Position numbers and translations under genes: made by a program
Notes under the pieces: generated by a model
Told to the model about the DNA's origin: nothing
Seen by the model: only the letters and a program-made list of their open reading frames with translations
The model's database searches: none
DNA from: an uncultured Planctomycetaceae bacterium
Lineage (GTDB): Bacteria; Planctomycetota; Planctomycetia; Pirellulales; Thermoguttaceae
NCBI GenBank assembly: GCA_963759115.1
Contig: CAVWXT010000002.1
Location: 373,557 to 437,556 of the forward strand
Length of the DNA stretch: 64,000 nt
Direction: 5' to 3'
Part shown: piece after piece, positions 1 to 8,392 of the stretch
How the letters are laid out: each line of letters begins with the position of its first letter
Numbering within the stretch: position 1 is the first letter of the stretch

Positions 1-309
1 GACCAGATCTTCCTGGAGGCGTTTCCTCGCTTCCAGCGAGACGCCGCCAACTTCCATCACGCGCAGTTGATCATCAAAACGGAAGGGATGACGCCCTTCG
101 GTTTGATGCTGATGCAGCCCAACGGGAAGGACTACACGACGTACCAGTTCTACGACATCGTGGTGAACGATCCGTTGCGGCTGTTCAAGGGCGATCCGTT
201 CCGCCCGTTCACGCCCTTGGGCTGGCAGAAGGTGATCGACAACTCGGCGCTGGCGCCGCCCGTCACGCTGCAGCAGGCCCGCCGCCCGACCAACGGCGGT
301 CAGCGATGA
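1..309 (+). CDS. 3' fragment of a secreted hypothetical protein, truncated by the window start; paralog of the next gene
   Basis: The frame is open from nt 1. Its C-terminal 80 aa (LMLMQPNGKDYTTYQFYD...LGWQKVID...PVTLQQARRP) are closely similar to the C-terminus of the 395..1393 product. Confidence 0.5.
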   Translation, partial: DQIFLEAFPRFQRDAANFHHAQLIIKTEGMTPFGLMLMQPNGKDYTTYQFYDIVVNDPLRLFKGDPFRPFTPLGWQKVIDNSALAPPVTLQQARRPTNGGQR

Positions 310-394
310 GTTGAACCTTGCTGCGGGATGCGGACCGTTGCTGCTTAACGCCGACAACCGTCCCGGTAGGAGACTCTTGACAGGGGTCGATCCC

Positions 395-1393
395 ATGCTC
401 CAACGCATCGGTTTGCACACGTGGATTGTGGTGTTCTTGGCGGCTTCAACTGCGTACGCCGGGACGCCTGACCCGTCCGATGGCGCACCGGCAGCATCGC
501 AAACAACGGCGCCGCCACGACCGGCTCCTCCTGATCGCTCCGCCGATCAGCCGCTCCCGCCGCCCTTCCAATTGACCGCCCAAGAACAAGAGGAACTCGA
601 CCGCCTCTTGGACCGCTGGCAACAGTGGAACGCGCATGTGAAGACCTTCGACTGTCGGTTCAAGCGATGGACGTACGACACGGTGTTCGGACCGACCGGT
701 CAGCCCAAGTGGGTCGACTCCGGGATCATCAAGTACGCCGGGCCCGATCACGCGTTGTTTCGCCTCGAACGGGCTATAAAGGATGGCAAGGAGGCTCCGA
801 TCGAAGATTTCCGCGCCGAGCACTGGATGTTCGACGGCAAGTCGGTCTTCGAGTTGAACGCGGTAAAGAAACAATTGATCGAACACAAGCTACCGCCGAA
901 GTATCAAGGGGGCCGACTCGTCGATGGCCCACTTGCGTTTGGTTTTCCCGCTCCGTTGTTCTTCGAGCTGTTCGGGCTGCTTGGCGGCTCGCCGGCAAAG
1001 CTGCAACCCTTTCCCTTTGGCGCCAAAGCCAACGAGCTGAAGCAGCAGTCCTACATCCGCGCCATAGCCCCGCCGAACCAGCGGAACGGAATCTGGCTGG
1101 AAGCATATCCCCGATTCCGCCAAATGACGTGGTACTGCCAGAAGCTTCAATTGGTATTCAACGCCAAAGATGTGTCGCCCTTGGCCCTGATGATTGTCCA
1201 GCCCAACGGGAAGGACTACACGGCGTATCAGTTCTATGACGTTGTGTTGAACGGTCCGTCGTCGCCGGCGAACGACGATGTATTCCATCCGATGGCTCCG
1301 CTGGGCTGGCAGAAGGTCATCGACGAGCCACCCATCACTCCGCCCGTCACGCCGCAGCAGGCCCGCCGCCCGGCCGCCGGCAATCCGCGATGA
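395..1393 (+). CDS. hypothetical secreted protein (tandem paralog of the upstream fragment)
   Basis: ATG at 395 gives MLQRIGLHTWIVVFLAASTAYA, a signal-peptide-like N-terminus. The ORF is long and uninterrupted. The C-terminal motif QPNGKDYTAYQFYD...LGWQKVIDEPP is shared with the 1..309 product. Confidence 0.55.
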   Translation: MLQRIGLHTWIVVFLAASTAYAGTPDPSDGAPAASQTTAPPRPAPPDRSADQPLPPPFQLTAQEQEELDRLLDRWQQWNAHVKTFDCRFKRWTYDTVFGPTGQPKWVDSGIIKYAGPDHALFRLERAIKDGKEAPIEDFRAEHWMFDGKSVFELNAVKKQLIEHKLPPKYQGGRLVDGPLAFGFPAPLFFELFGLLGGSPAKLQPFPFGAKANELKQQSYIRAIAPPNQRNGIWLEAYPRFRQMTWYCQKLQLVFNAKDVSPLALMIVQPNGKDYTAYQFYDVVLNGPSSPANDDVFHPMAPLGWQKVIDEPPITPPVTPQQARRPAAGNPR

Positions 1394-1765
1394 GCGGACA
1401 TTCGCTGTGCCGTGCGGGCCGACGTACTGTCGGCGACTGAACCCACGCCACGGGCCGCGGTCATGGGTGCGGCAAGATTTCTTGGCACTGGTTGTGAGGG
1501 CCAAAGGCCCTTCCGTTCGCCCAGCCCACGGGCAACGCCCTGGGGAACGGAGGCGATCCTGCCGATCGTGCGGCCCAACGGGCCAATCACTCGACGAATG
1601 ATTGGTCCGTTGGGCCGACAACATTGGTTCCATTGGGCCAATTCTCCAGGGCGTTGCCCTGGCCTGGGTGAACTGAGCCCCTTCGGGGCAGGCAGACCGA
1701 CGCCAAGAAATCTTGCCACGCCCGCAGTCATTGCAGTGGCGCCACTTCTGGGCTATTCTGGGATC

Positions 1766-4129
1766 ATGCAAGATCTCGAAGAAGCGGTTGTTCGTCTCGT
1801 CCACGCCCCCGGCTATCGGCCCGTCAAGCCGCGGCTGATCGCCCAACAGTTGAAGCTGTCGAAAGAAGAGACGGTCGAACTGAAACGGGCCGTTAAACGG
1901 CTCGTACACGCCGGGCGGCTCTGCTACGGCTCAAACCATCTGGTCATGCCCGTCACGGCCGCCAAGGGAAAAAGGGGACAGTCCCCGACCAACCTTCGGT
2001 CGGGCACAAAAGGGGACAGTCCCCTTTTTCCCAAGCCGCCGAAGAGCAACCGCCTGATGGGCGTGTTTCAGCGGGCGCAAAAGGGCTTCGGATTCGTCCG
2101 GCTCCGCGGCGAAGGCGTGGCTGCCGACGCCAAAGACATCTACATCCCCGCCGACCGCACCGGTGACGCTGCCACCGGCGACATGGTGTTGGTGGAGATG
2201 AAGAAACGCGGGCGCGGCGATCCCGGCCCGCGCGGCGAGATCGTCGAGGTGATCGAGCGGCAGACGCAGCAGTTCGTGGGCACGTATTTCGAGTCGGAAG
2301 GGGCGGCCTACGTGAAGATCGACGGCCCGCTGTTCGCCCGGCCGATCTACGTCGGCGATCCGGGGGCGAAGAACGCCCGGGCCGACGACAAAGTGGTGAT
2401 CGAGATGATCCGCTTCCCGTCGCCGCTGCACGACGGCGAGGGGGTGATCGCCGAGGTGCTCGGCCCGCGGGGCAAGCCGGGCGTCGACACGCTGTCGATC
2501 ATCCGCGAGTTCAACCTGCCCGACCGCTTCGCCGAAGACGCCCTGGCCGAGGCCCGCGGAGAAGCCGAGAAGTTCGACGAGTCGCTCGGCCCGCGGCAGG
2601 ACTTCACCGGTGAGACGATCGTCACCATCGATCCGGTCGACGCCCGCGACTTCGACGACGCGATCTCGCTGGAGCAGCTCGACAACGGCCACTGGCGGCT
2701 CGGGGTCCACATTGCCGACGTGTCGCATTTCATCCGCCCGAACACCGCACTAGACCGCGAGGCCCTGGAGCGGGCCACGAGCGTGTATCTGCCCGATCGC
2801 GTGCTGCCCATGCTGCCGGAGGTGATCTCCAACGGCCTGGCCAGCCTTCAGCCGGGCAAGGTCCGCTACACGAAGTCGGCCATCATGGAGTTCACCGCCG
2901 ACGGGCTGCGGGTGGCGACCGACCTCTACTCCGCGGCCATCCGCAGCAGCAAACGCCTCACCTACGAACAGGTCGACGGGTTTCTGCAAGACCGGGAGAC
3001 TTGGCGGCGCAAGCTCGGCATCAAGGTGGCCGACCTGTTGGGCCGCATGCACACCCTGGCCATGATCCTCCGCAAGCGGCGGCTGGCCAACGGGGCGCTG
3101 GAGTTGAGCATGCCCGAGGTCAAAGTGGAACTCGATAAGCAGGGGCGCGTGGCGGGGGCCCACGTCGTCGAGAACACCGAGAGCCACCAGATCATCGAGG
3201 AGTTCATGCTGGCCGCCAACGAGGCCGTGGCCGAAGCGCTTCGCGACCGCGGGCTGCACTTCCTCCGCCGCATCCACCAGGCGCCCAGCCCGCAAAAGCT
3301 CGCCGTGCTCACCGAGTTCATGACGGAGTTGGGCTACAAGACGGAGAGCCTGCAAAGCCGCTTCGCCCTGCAAAAGCTGTTGGACGCGGCCACCGGCCGG
3401 CCCGAACAACATGCCGTCCACTTCGCCGTGTTGCGGTCGCTGCAACGGGCGATCTACAGCCCGATGGAAGAAGGCCACTATGCCCTGGCCAGCGACTGCT
3501 ATTGCCATTTCACCTCGCCCATCCGCCGCTATCCCGACCTGACGGTACACCGGTTGGTCGACGCGATTCTGCGCAGAAAAGGGGACAGGCCCCATTTGCC
3601 GGAACGGCCCGAAGGGTGCTTCGCACAAATGGGGCCTGTCCCCTTTTCCGCAAAACTGCGGAACGACTACGAAGAGTTGGTCGTCCTCGGCCGGCACTGC
3701 TCCGACCGCGAGCAACGGGCCGAAGCGGCCGAACGCAACCTCACCAAGCTCAAGCTGCTGGCCTATCTGAGCGACCGCATCGGCGAGGAGATGGAGGCCG
3801 TGGTGACGGGCGTGGAGAGCTACGGCATCTTCGTCCAGGGGATCAAGCTGCCGGCCGAAGGACTCGTCCGCGTGGAGACCCTGCGCGACGATTTCTACCG
3901 TTTCGACCGCGCCTCGCACACGCTTTCCGGCCACCGCGCCGGCAACAGCTACCGGCTGGGCGACTTGCTGCGCGTCGCCGTGGCGCGGGTGGACCTCGAA
4001 CGCCGCGAGTTGGATTTCCGCGTGGTGGAACGGGAGAAGAGGAAAACGACTGTATCGACGAAGGTGGCGAAGAGCGGCGCCAAGGCGAAGAAGGAAGGAG
4101 GCCACAAACGGCCGAAACGCCGATCATGA
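1766..4129 (+). CDS. rnr: ribonuclease R (RNB-family 3'-5' exoribonuclease)
   Basis: Intact 788-aa ORF with an N-terminal HTH region (MQDLEEAVVRLVHAPGYRPVKP), cold-shock domain (KGFGFV), RNB catalytic core (IDPVDARDFDDAISLE) and a C-terminal S1/basic tail. Two in-frame palindromic-element insertions are noted separately. Confidence 0.92.
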   Translation: MQDLEEAVVRLVHAPGYRPVKPRLIAQQLKLSKEETVELKRAVKRLVHAGRLCYGSNHLVMPVTAAKGKRGQSPTNLRSGTKGDSPLFPKPPKSNRLMGVFQRAQKGFGFVRLRGEGVAADAKDIYIPADRTGDAATGDMVLVEMKKRGRGDPGPRGEIVEVIERQTQQFVGTYFESEGAAYVKIDGPLFARPIYVGDPGAKNARADDKVVIEMIRFPSPLHDGEGVIAEVLGPRGKPGVDTLSIIREFNLPDRFAEDALAEARGEAEKFDESLGPRQDFTGETIVTIDPVDARDFDDAISLEQLDNGHWRLGVHIADVSHFIRPNTALDREALERATSVYLPDRVLPMLPEVISNGLASLQPGKVRYTKSAIMEFTADGLRVATDLYSAAIRSSKRLTYEQVDGFLQDRETWRRKLGIKVADLLGRMHTLAMILRKRRLANGALELSMPEVKVELDKQGRVAGAHVVENTESHQIIEEFMLAANEAVAEALRDRGLHFLRRIHQAPSPQKLAVLTEFMTELGYKTESLQSRFALQKLLDAATGRPEQHAVHFAVLRSLQRAIYSPMEEGHYALASDCYCHFTSPIRRYPDLTVHRLVDAILRRKGDRPHLPERPEGCFAQMGPVPFSAKLRNDYEELVVLGRHCSDREQRAEAAERNLTKLKLLAYLSDRIGEEMEAVVTGVESYGIFVQGIKLPAEGLVRVETLRDDFYRFDRASHTLSGHRAGNSYRLGDLLRVAVARVDLERRELDFRVVEREKRKTTVSTKVAKSGAKAKKEGGHKRPKRRS
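1966..2032. repeat. GGGGACAG-family palindromic element (copy 1), in frame inside rnr
   Basis: aaaaaGGGGACaGTCCCC-gaccaaccttcggtc-gggcacAAAAGGGGACaGTCCCCTTTTt; each GGGGAC-a-GTCCCC unit is a perfect palindrome. It encodes the extra peptide KGKRGQSPTNLRSGTKGDSPLFPK between the HTH and cold-shock domains. Confidence 0.65.
3583..3657. repeat. GGGGACAG-family palindromic element (copy 2), in frame inside rnr
   Basis: The 22-bp inverted arms AAAAGGGGACAGGCCCCATTTG / CAAATGGGGCCTGTCCCCTTTT flank a 27-bp core. It encodes RRKGDRPHLPERPEGCFAQMGPVPFSAK in a surface loop after the RNB domain. Confidence 0.65.
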
Positions 4130-4226
4130 GATTTTCGACGGCGGTCTTGCTTGTCCTGGCGGCCAGAAGCTGCCGACTTCCAAAACTCTCTTGACTTTAT
4201 GTCGCATGAACACTATAAGTAGCACG

Positions 4227-5079
4227 ATGCTGCACGACGCTCTGCTTTCGGACAAGATCTGCGATCTCTTGGGCAAACCCTATAGCGCCGGCGAAGGGTA
4301 CGCTATTTATTGTGCTGATTGTCTGCGAGTCCTGCAAAACATGCCCGGCGACATCTTCTCCCTCACGGTTACTAGCCCACCATACAACATTGGAAAAGAA
4401 TACGAGAACCCGCTGCCTCTTGAAAAGTACCTGAGTTGGTGCGAGCAATGGATGCAAGAGGTCTATCGCGTCACGCGACCAGATGGAGCGTTCTGGCTCA
4501 ACGTCGGATACGTTGAAATTTCGGGGAGGGCGAAAGCGATTCCGCTGCCGTATCTGCTGTGGGATAGATCGCCGTTCTATCTGATTCAGGAAGTGGTGTG
4601 GAACTATGGTGCAGGAGTGGCTGCCAGCAAGTCTTTATCGCCCCGGAATGAGAAGCTCCTCTGGTACGTGAAGGACCCAGGGAACTACACATTCAATCTC
4701 GACCTCATTCGGGACCCGGAGGTGAAGTATCCTCTCCAAAAAAAGAACGGCAAACTGAGGTGCAACACAATCGGGAAGAACCCATCGGATGTATGGCAGG
4801 TGGCAAAGGTGACTTCGGGAGAAGACCGCGCCTCACCGGAGAGGACACCCCACCCTGCACAGTTTCCTCTTGATCTTGTGAATCGTGTGGTGCTCGGATT
4901 CTCAAATCCGGGCGAGTTGGTGCTGGACCCCTTTATGGGTTCCGGCACCGTAGCTGTGTCTTGCCTTCAATCCGGGCGGAGGTTTCTCTGGAATCGAGAT
5001 CAAACCCGCCTATTGTGAAATCGCGGCGAAACGAGTTGAGAGGTTTCTGGCAGACAAACGATCACGGCTCTTCGATTAA
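4227..5079 (+). CDS. DNA methyltransferase (beta-class N4-cytosine / N6-adenine family), M subunit of a type II R-M system; 1-bp frameshift near 4990
   Basis: Motif IV SPPY (VTSPPYNIGKEY) precedes motif I (LVLDPFMGSGTVAVSCLQSGRRF), which is the beta-class order. After GRRF the frame breaks; the -1 frame reads the expected GIEIKPAYCEIAAKRVERFLADKRSRLFD*. TTGACT-N17-TATAAG lies immediately upstream, with ATG 4227 at about +7, so the mRNA is probably leaderless. Confidence 0.75.
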
Positions 5080-5850
5080 CGAGGCGGTATTTCCGTGCAT
5101 TCGTCCAAGAACTTCTGATTGTTCGGCTTGATCCTGCGCAAGCGCCGGGAAGTTCTCCCTCAAAGCGAAGGAGGTCCCCAATTGTGTTAATGCCAAGCTG
5201 AGCGAGACGTTCCGACGTAAACGGCCCAACTCCATCCAACAGCAAAACAGGCGCATGTTGTCGATATGGGCCGGGGATCGGAATGAGCTTGTTATCGTAA
5301 ACCGCTTGTTTCAACCCGGCCATCTGGCCGGTGGGCGCTTCTTGAGGATCCCAGTCGGAAGCGTCAATCCAGCCGAATCGGATCAGGGTCATGGTTTGAC
5401 TGAAGAAATTGACCGTGATGTAGAACCCCGATTTCTCCTTCTTGGGGACAACATCGCTTCCTGACTTCTGGCCGTAGCTCCGATTGCCATATACCTTGAA
5501 GCCTGCTTGGCCAGACGTTTTGATTTCGATTGAGAACGTGGATCGGGTACGTAGACAATATCCTTATCCTCTTTCGATTGGTTCCCGCGCCACTGCGTGG
5601 GTGCGCGTTGCTCCAGTTCGCGGGCCAGCAAGACCTCGAAGAAGTAACCGACAATTGTCGCAGGAACCTTGAGGTCCGAGAGTTTCACGGAGATCGAGCC
5701 CGTTCCTACAGTGGATTGCCAGAGCGTAGCCCACGCCGTGGTCGATGCGTCCAGCAACTCGGTTGACTTGAGCGGGTGACTGTTGACAAGCTGCCGGGTA
5801 ATGCTGAGCCAAGACGATTCTGGCTTTCCCGAATAGGGGCTGGTTGTCAT
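5062..5850 (-). CDS. putative type II restriction endonuclease (PD-(D/E)xK candidate), frameshifted; boundaries approximate
   Basis: It lies immediately downstream of and in the same orientation as the C-protein gene, convergent with and overlapping the MTase 3' end. Joining the 5389..5850 and 5000..5392 frames gives ...KDIVYVPDPRS/TFSIEIKTSGQAGFKVYGN..., a VPD-x7-E-x-K motif. No other similarity is recognisable, as is typical for REases. Confidence 0.4.
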
Positions 5851-6071
5851 CTTCCCTCCGGCCCGCCGAACAGATCGCGTGGATGAACGCCGAGGGCTTC
5901 GGCGAGACGGATGATATTTTTGAGGGCAATGTTTCGTTCACCGCGTTCCACGCCACCCATGTACGTGCGGTGTATTCCAGCTTTGGCGGCGAGAGCTTCC
6001 TGGCTCAATCCTGTTTTTTCTCGCAAGGCGTGTACGCGATCACCGAATCGTTTCAATTGGGCGTCTTTCAT
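5847..6071 (-). CDS. controller (C) protein, XRE-family HTH transcriptional regulator of an R-M system
   Basis: 74 aa: MKDAQLKRFGDRVHALREKTGLSQEALAAKAGIHRTYMGGVERGERNIALKNIIRLAEALGV, a classic C-protein HTH. Its stop abuts the start of the REase candidate. Confidence 0.7.
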   Translation of the reverse strand: MKDAQLKRFGDRVHALREKTGLSQEALAAKAGIHRTYMGGVERGERNIALKNIIRLAEALGVHPRDLFGGPEGR

Positions 6072-6227
6072 CGAAGTGCAGTTTGAGTAATTGAACACAA
6101 TGAGTCTACACCCTATGAGTAGCACACGCGTCGGACGTTCGGATGTTCCTCGCCTTGGTCGTTGCCTTGCCCGCGAGCAGAGCGTCTGCTACTATCAGTG
6201 TGGAAGCGGATTGATGGGAGCTGACCG

Positions 6228-6461
6228 ATGAGCTTCGTGATTCAAGCCATCTATGAGAATGGCGTTCTAAGGCCATTGGAAAAGCTGGCCTTACGCGAAC
6301 GCCAGCATGTCCGACTTGAGGTCGAGACGAACGTCGCGTCAAGCGGCGACGGCCCGGCGCAGGATCGTGCCGATCTCCTTGAAGGTGTTCAGGCAGCGAC
6401 GGGCATCCTCGATCTGGCAGAACACTTCGACGACTACCGGTTCGGCCGCCGCAAGCGATGA
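6228..6461 (+). CDS. DUF104-family antitoxin (VapB-like partner of a PIN toxin)
   Basis: MSFVIQAIYENGVLRPLEKLALRERQHVRLEV matches the DUF104 signature (IxAIYENGVLKPLE). Its stop overlaps the next ATG in an ATGA junction. Confidence 0.6.
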   Translation: MSFVIQAIYENGVLRPLEKLALRERQHVRLEVETNVASSGDGPAQDRADLLEGVQAATGILDLAEHFDDYRFGRRKR

Positions 6462-6571
6462 AGCCCGTACCCTCTGATTCCAACAGTTCGTCTCCGTACC
6501 CTCCGCGCCACCGCAGTGCGATTCCCGTGTGTCTGTTCCCCCCCACTAGCCCCCTTTCCGCTGCCTGCTAA
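6458..6571 (+). pseudogene. possible remnant of a vapC (PIN) toxin gene
   Basis: A 37-aa ORF (MKPVPSDSNSS...) starts with ATGA overlap on the antitoxin stop, at the position where a PIN toxin N-terminus (MK..LDTNV) would be expected. It runs into a C-rich non-coding stretch. Confidence 0.2.
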
Positions 6572-6640
6572 AATGGCGTTCTACGCGGCGGACAAATCCG
6601 CCCGGCTTAACGGAACATTCGCAAGCAGGAAAGGTCGGCA

Positions 6641-7816
6641 ATGGACGCGCCGCTCTCGCGGACCCCTCTATATGATTGGCATATTTCCCACGGCGGCCGG
6701 ATGGTGGACTTCGCCGGCTGGGCCATGCCCGTCCAATACAACTCGATCATCGACGAGCACCGCACGATCCGCTCCGCGGTGGGCATGGCCGACATCTCGC
6801 ACATGGGCCGGCTCCGCTTCGAGGGGCCCGGCGCGGCCGTCTTCCTGGCTGAACTACTCACCCGCCGCGTGGCCGACATGGAGTTGGGCCAGATCCGCTA
6901 CTCGCTGGTGACCAACGACGAGGGGGGCATCCTCGACGACGTGCTGGTGGGCTACTACCACAATTCCCACGGCCAGCCGTTCTTCCTCGTGGTGGTCAAC
7001 GCCAGCAATCGCGCCAAGATCGTCGACTGGGTCCACGCCCATCTGCCCAAAGAGCGCGCCGAGCGGCCCGGCCACGAAGTGATTTGGGCCGACGTCAGCC
7101 GGCTCTGGGCCATGTTCGCCATTCAGGGCCCGCGATCCGTGGAACTGTTGCAGCCGCTTATTGACGACGACCTGAAGTCGATGCGTTACTATCGCGGGGC
7201 GCAAGTCGCGCTGCTGCACCCGGCCGCCCAACGCCAGGGCGGCATCATCAGTCGCACCGGCTACACCGGTGAGGACGGCTTCGAGTTGAGCGTCGGGGCC
7301 AGCATCGCGCCGGGCGTTTGGGAAGCGCTGATGGAACTGGGCCGGCCCTTGGGCGTCGTGCCCGCCGGACTCGGCGCCCGCGACACGCTGCGGCTGGAGG
7401 CCGGCATGCCGCTGTATGGCCATGAGTTGTCGGAGCAGATCAACCCGTTTCAGGCGGGCCTGGGTTTCGCCTGCCATTTGGTCGGCTACGACTTCCCCGG
7501 CCGCAACGCCCTGCTGCGGATACAGAACGAGCCGCAGCGATCGGTTCGCATCGGCTTGGAGATGGCGGGCAAGCGGGCCGCCCGCCAAGGCTGCCCGATC
7601 CTCGTCGGCGGCCAGCCCATCGGCGAGGTCACCAGCGGCAGCTATTCGCCCACGCTCGACCGGCCGATTGCGATGGGTTACGTCGCCGCCGAGTTCGCCC
7701 GGCCGGGCACGGAGTTTCAGATTGACATCCGCGGCCGCCTCGAGCCGGCCCGTCTTGTCGAGCTGCCCTTTTATGGCCGCAAGAAGGCCGCGAAGAGTGG
7801 TCATGGCCCAACATAG
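6641..7816 (+). CDS. gcvT: glycine cleavage system T protein (aminomethyltransferase)
   Basis: 391-aa intact ORF: MDAPLSRTPLYDWHISHGGRMVDFAGWAMPVQY... Confidence 0.92.
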   Translation: MDAPLSRTPLYDWHISHGGRMVDFAGWAMPVQYNSIIDEHRTIRSAVGMADISHMGRLRFEGPGAAVFLAELLTRRVADMELGQIRYSLVTNDEGGILDDVLVGYYHNSHGQPFFLVVVNASNRAKIVDWVHAHLPKERAERPGHEVIWADVSRLWAMFAIQGPRSVELLQPLIDDDLKSMRYYRGAQVALLHPAAQRQGGIISRTGYTGEDGFELSVGASIAPGVWEALMELGRPLGVVPAGLGARDTLRLEAGMPLYGHELSEQINPFQAGLGFACHLVGYDFPGRNALLRIQNEPQRSVRIGLEMAGKRAARQGCPILVGGQPIGEVTSGSYSPTLDRPIAMGYVAAEFARPGTEFQIDIRGRLEPARLVELPFYGRKKAAKSGHGPT

Positions 7817-7870
7817 AACCGCGACCGGCGGTCGCGCCCCAACATAAAGCCGCGACCGGCGGTCGCGCCT
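7810..7870. terminator. two tandem GCGACCGGCGGTCGC hairpins (REP/terminator-like) between gcvT and gcvH
   Basis: aacataGAACCGCGACCGGCGGTCGCGCC is repeated twice. The same hairpin recurs at 19454..19483 after groEL. Confidence 0.5.
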
Positions 7871-7896
7871 CTTAGCAAGAAAGGATCACACGACTA

Positions 7897-8295
7897 ATGC
7901 CTCAAAATCTCCTCTACAGCAAGACGCACGAATGGGTCCGCGTGGAAGCCGGCTCGTCCGGCGAGAAGACGGCCACCGTGGGACTGACGGCCTTCGCCCT
8001 GGAGGCCCTCACGGATCTGGTACACGTCGAGTTGCCCGAGGTCGGCCGCCACGTCAGCGCCGGCAAGCCGTTCGGCGAGATCGAATCGGTCAAGGCCGTC
8101 AGCGATCTCTATAGCCCCGTGGATGGCGAGGTGGTGGCCGTCAACGCGGCGCTGGCCGAGAACCTCGAACACCTCGCCGACGATCCCTACGGCGCCGGCT
8201 GGTTCGTCAAGATCAAGATCGGCAACGAGGCGGGCCTGGCCCAGTTGCTCGACGAAGCGGCGTACAAGAAACAGTGTGAAGAGGAACCGCATTGA
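7897..8295 (+). CDS. gcvH: glycine cleavage system H protein
   Basis: 132 aa with a lipoyl-lysine context (GEIESVKAVSDLYSPVDGEV). Confidence 0.92.
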   Translation: MPQNLLYSKTHEWVRVEAGSSGEKTATVGLTAFALEALTDLVHVELPEVGRHVSAGKPFGEIESVKAVSDLYSPVDGEVVAVNAALAENLEHLADDPYGAGWFVKIKIGNEAGLAQLLDEAAYKKQCEEEPH

Positions 8296-8309
8296 AGGAA
8301 TGATGATGT

Positions 8310-8385
8310 ATGAATGATGAATGATGAATGGCGATTTCCCGGCAAGACATTCATCATTCAGCATTCATCATTCATCATTTCCCGG
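8310..8385 (+). promoter_or_regulatory. long AT-rich inverted repeat / stem-loop between gcvH and gcvPA
   Basis: ATGAATGATGAATGATGAATG pairs with CATTCATCATTCATCAT; the loop contains TTTCCCGG and the arm is followed by a second TTTCCCGG. GGAG lies 5 nt upstream of the gcvPA ATG. Confidence 0.4.
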
Positions 8386-8392
8386 AGCCACC

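Noticed and set aside
2750-4105. 451-aa minus-strand ORF
   Set aside because: Antisense shadow of rnr.
6461-6640. Glycine riboswitch upstream of gcvT
   Set aside because: No GGAGAG / ACCGAAGGGGCAA-like tandem aptamer motifs; the spacer is only 180 nt and partly occupied by the vapC remnant.
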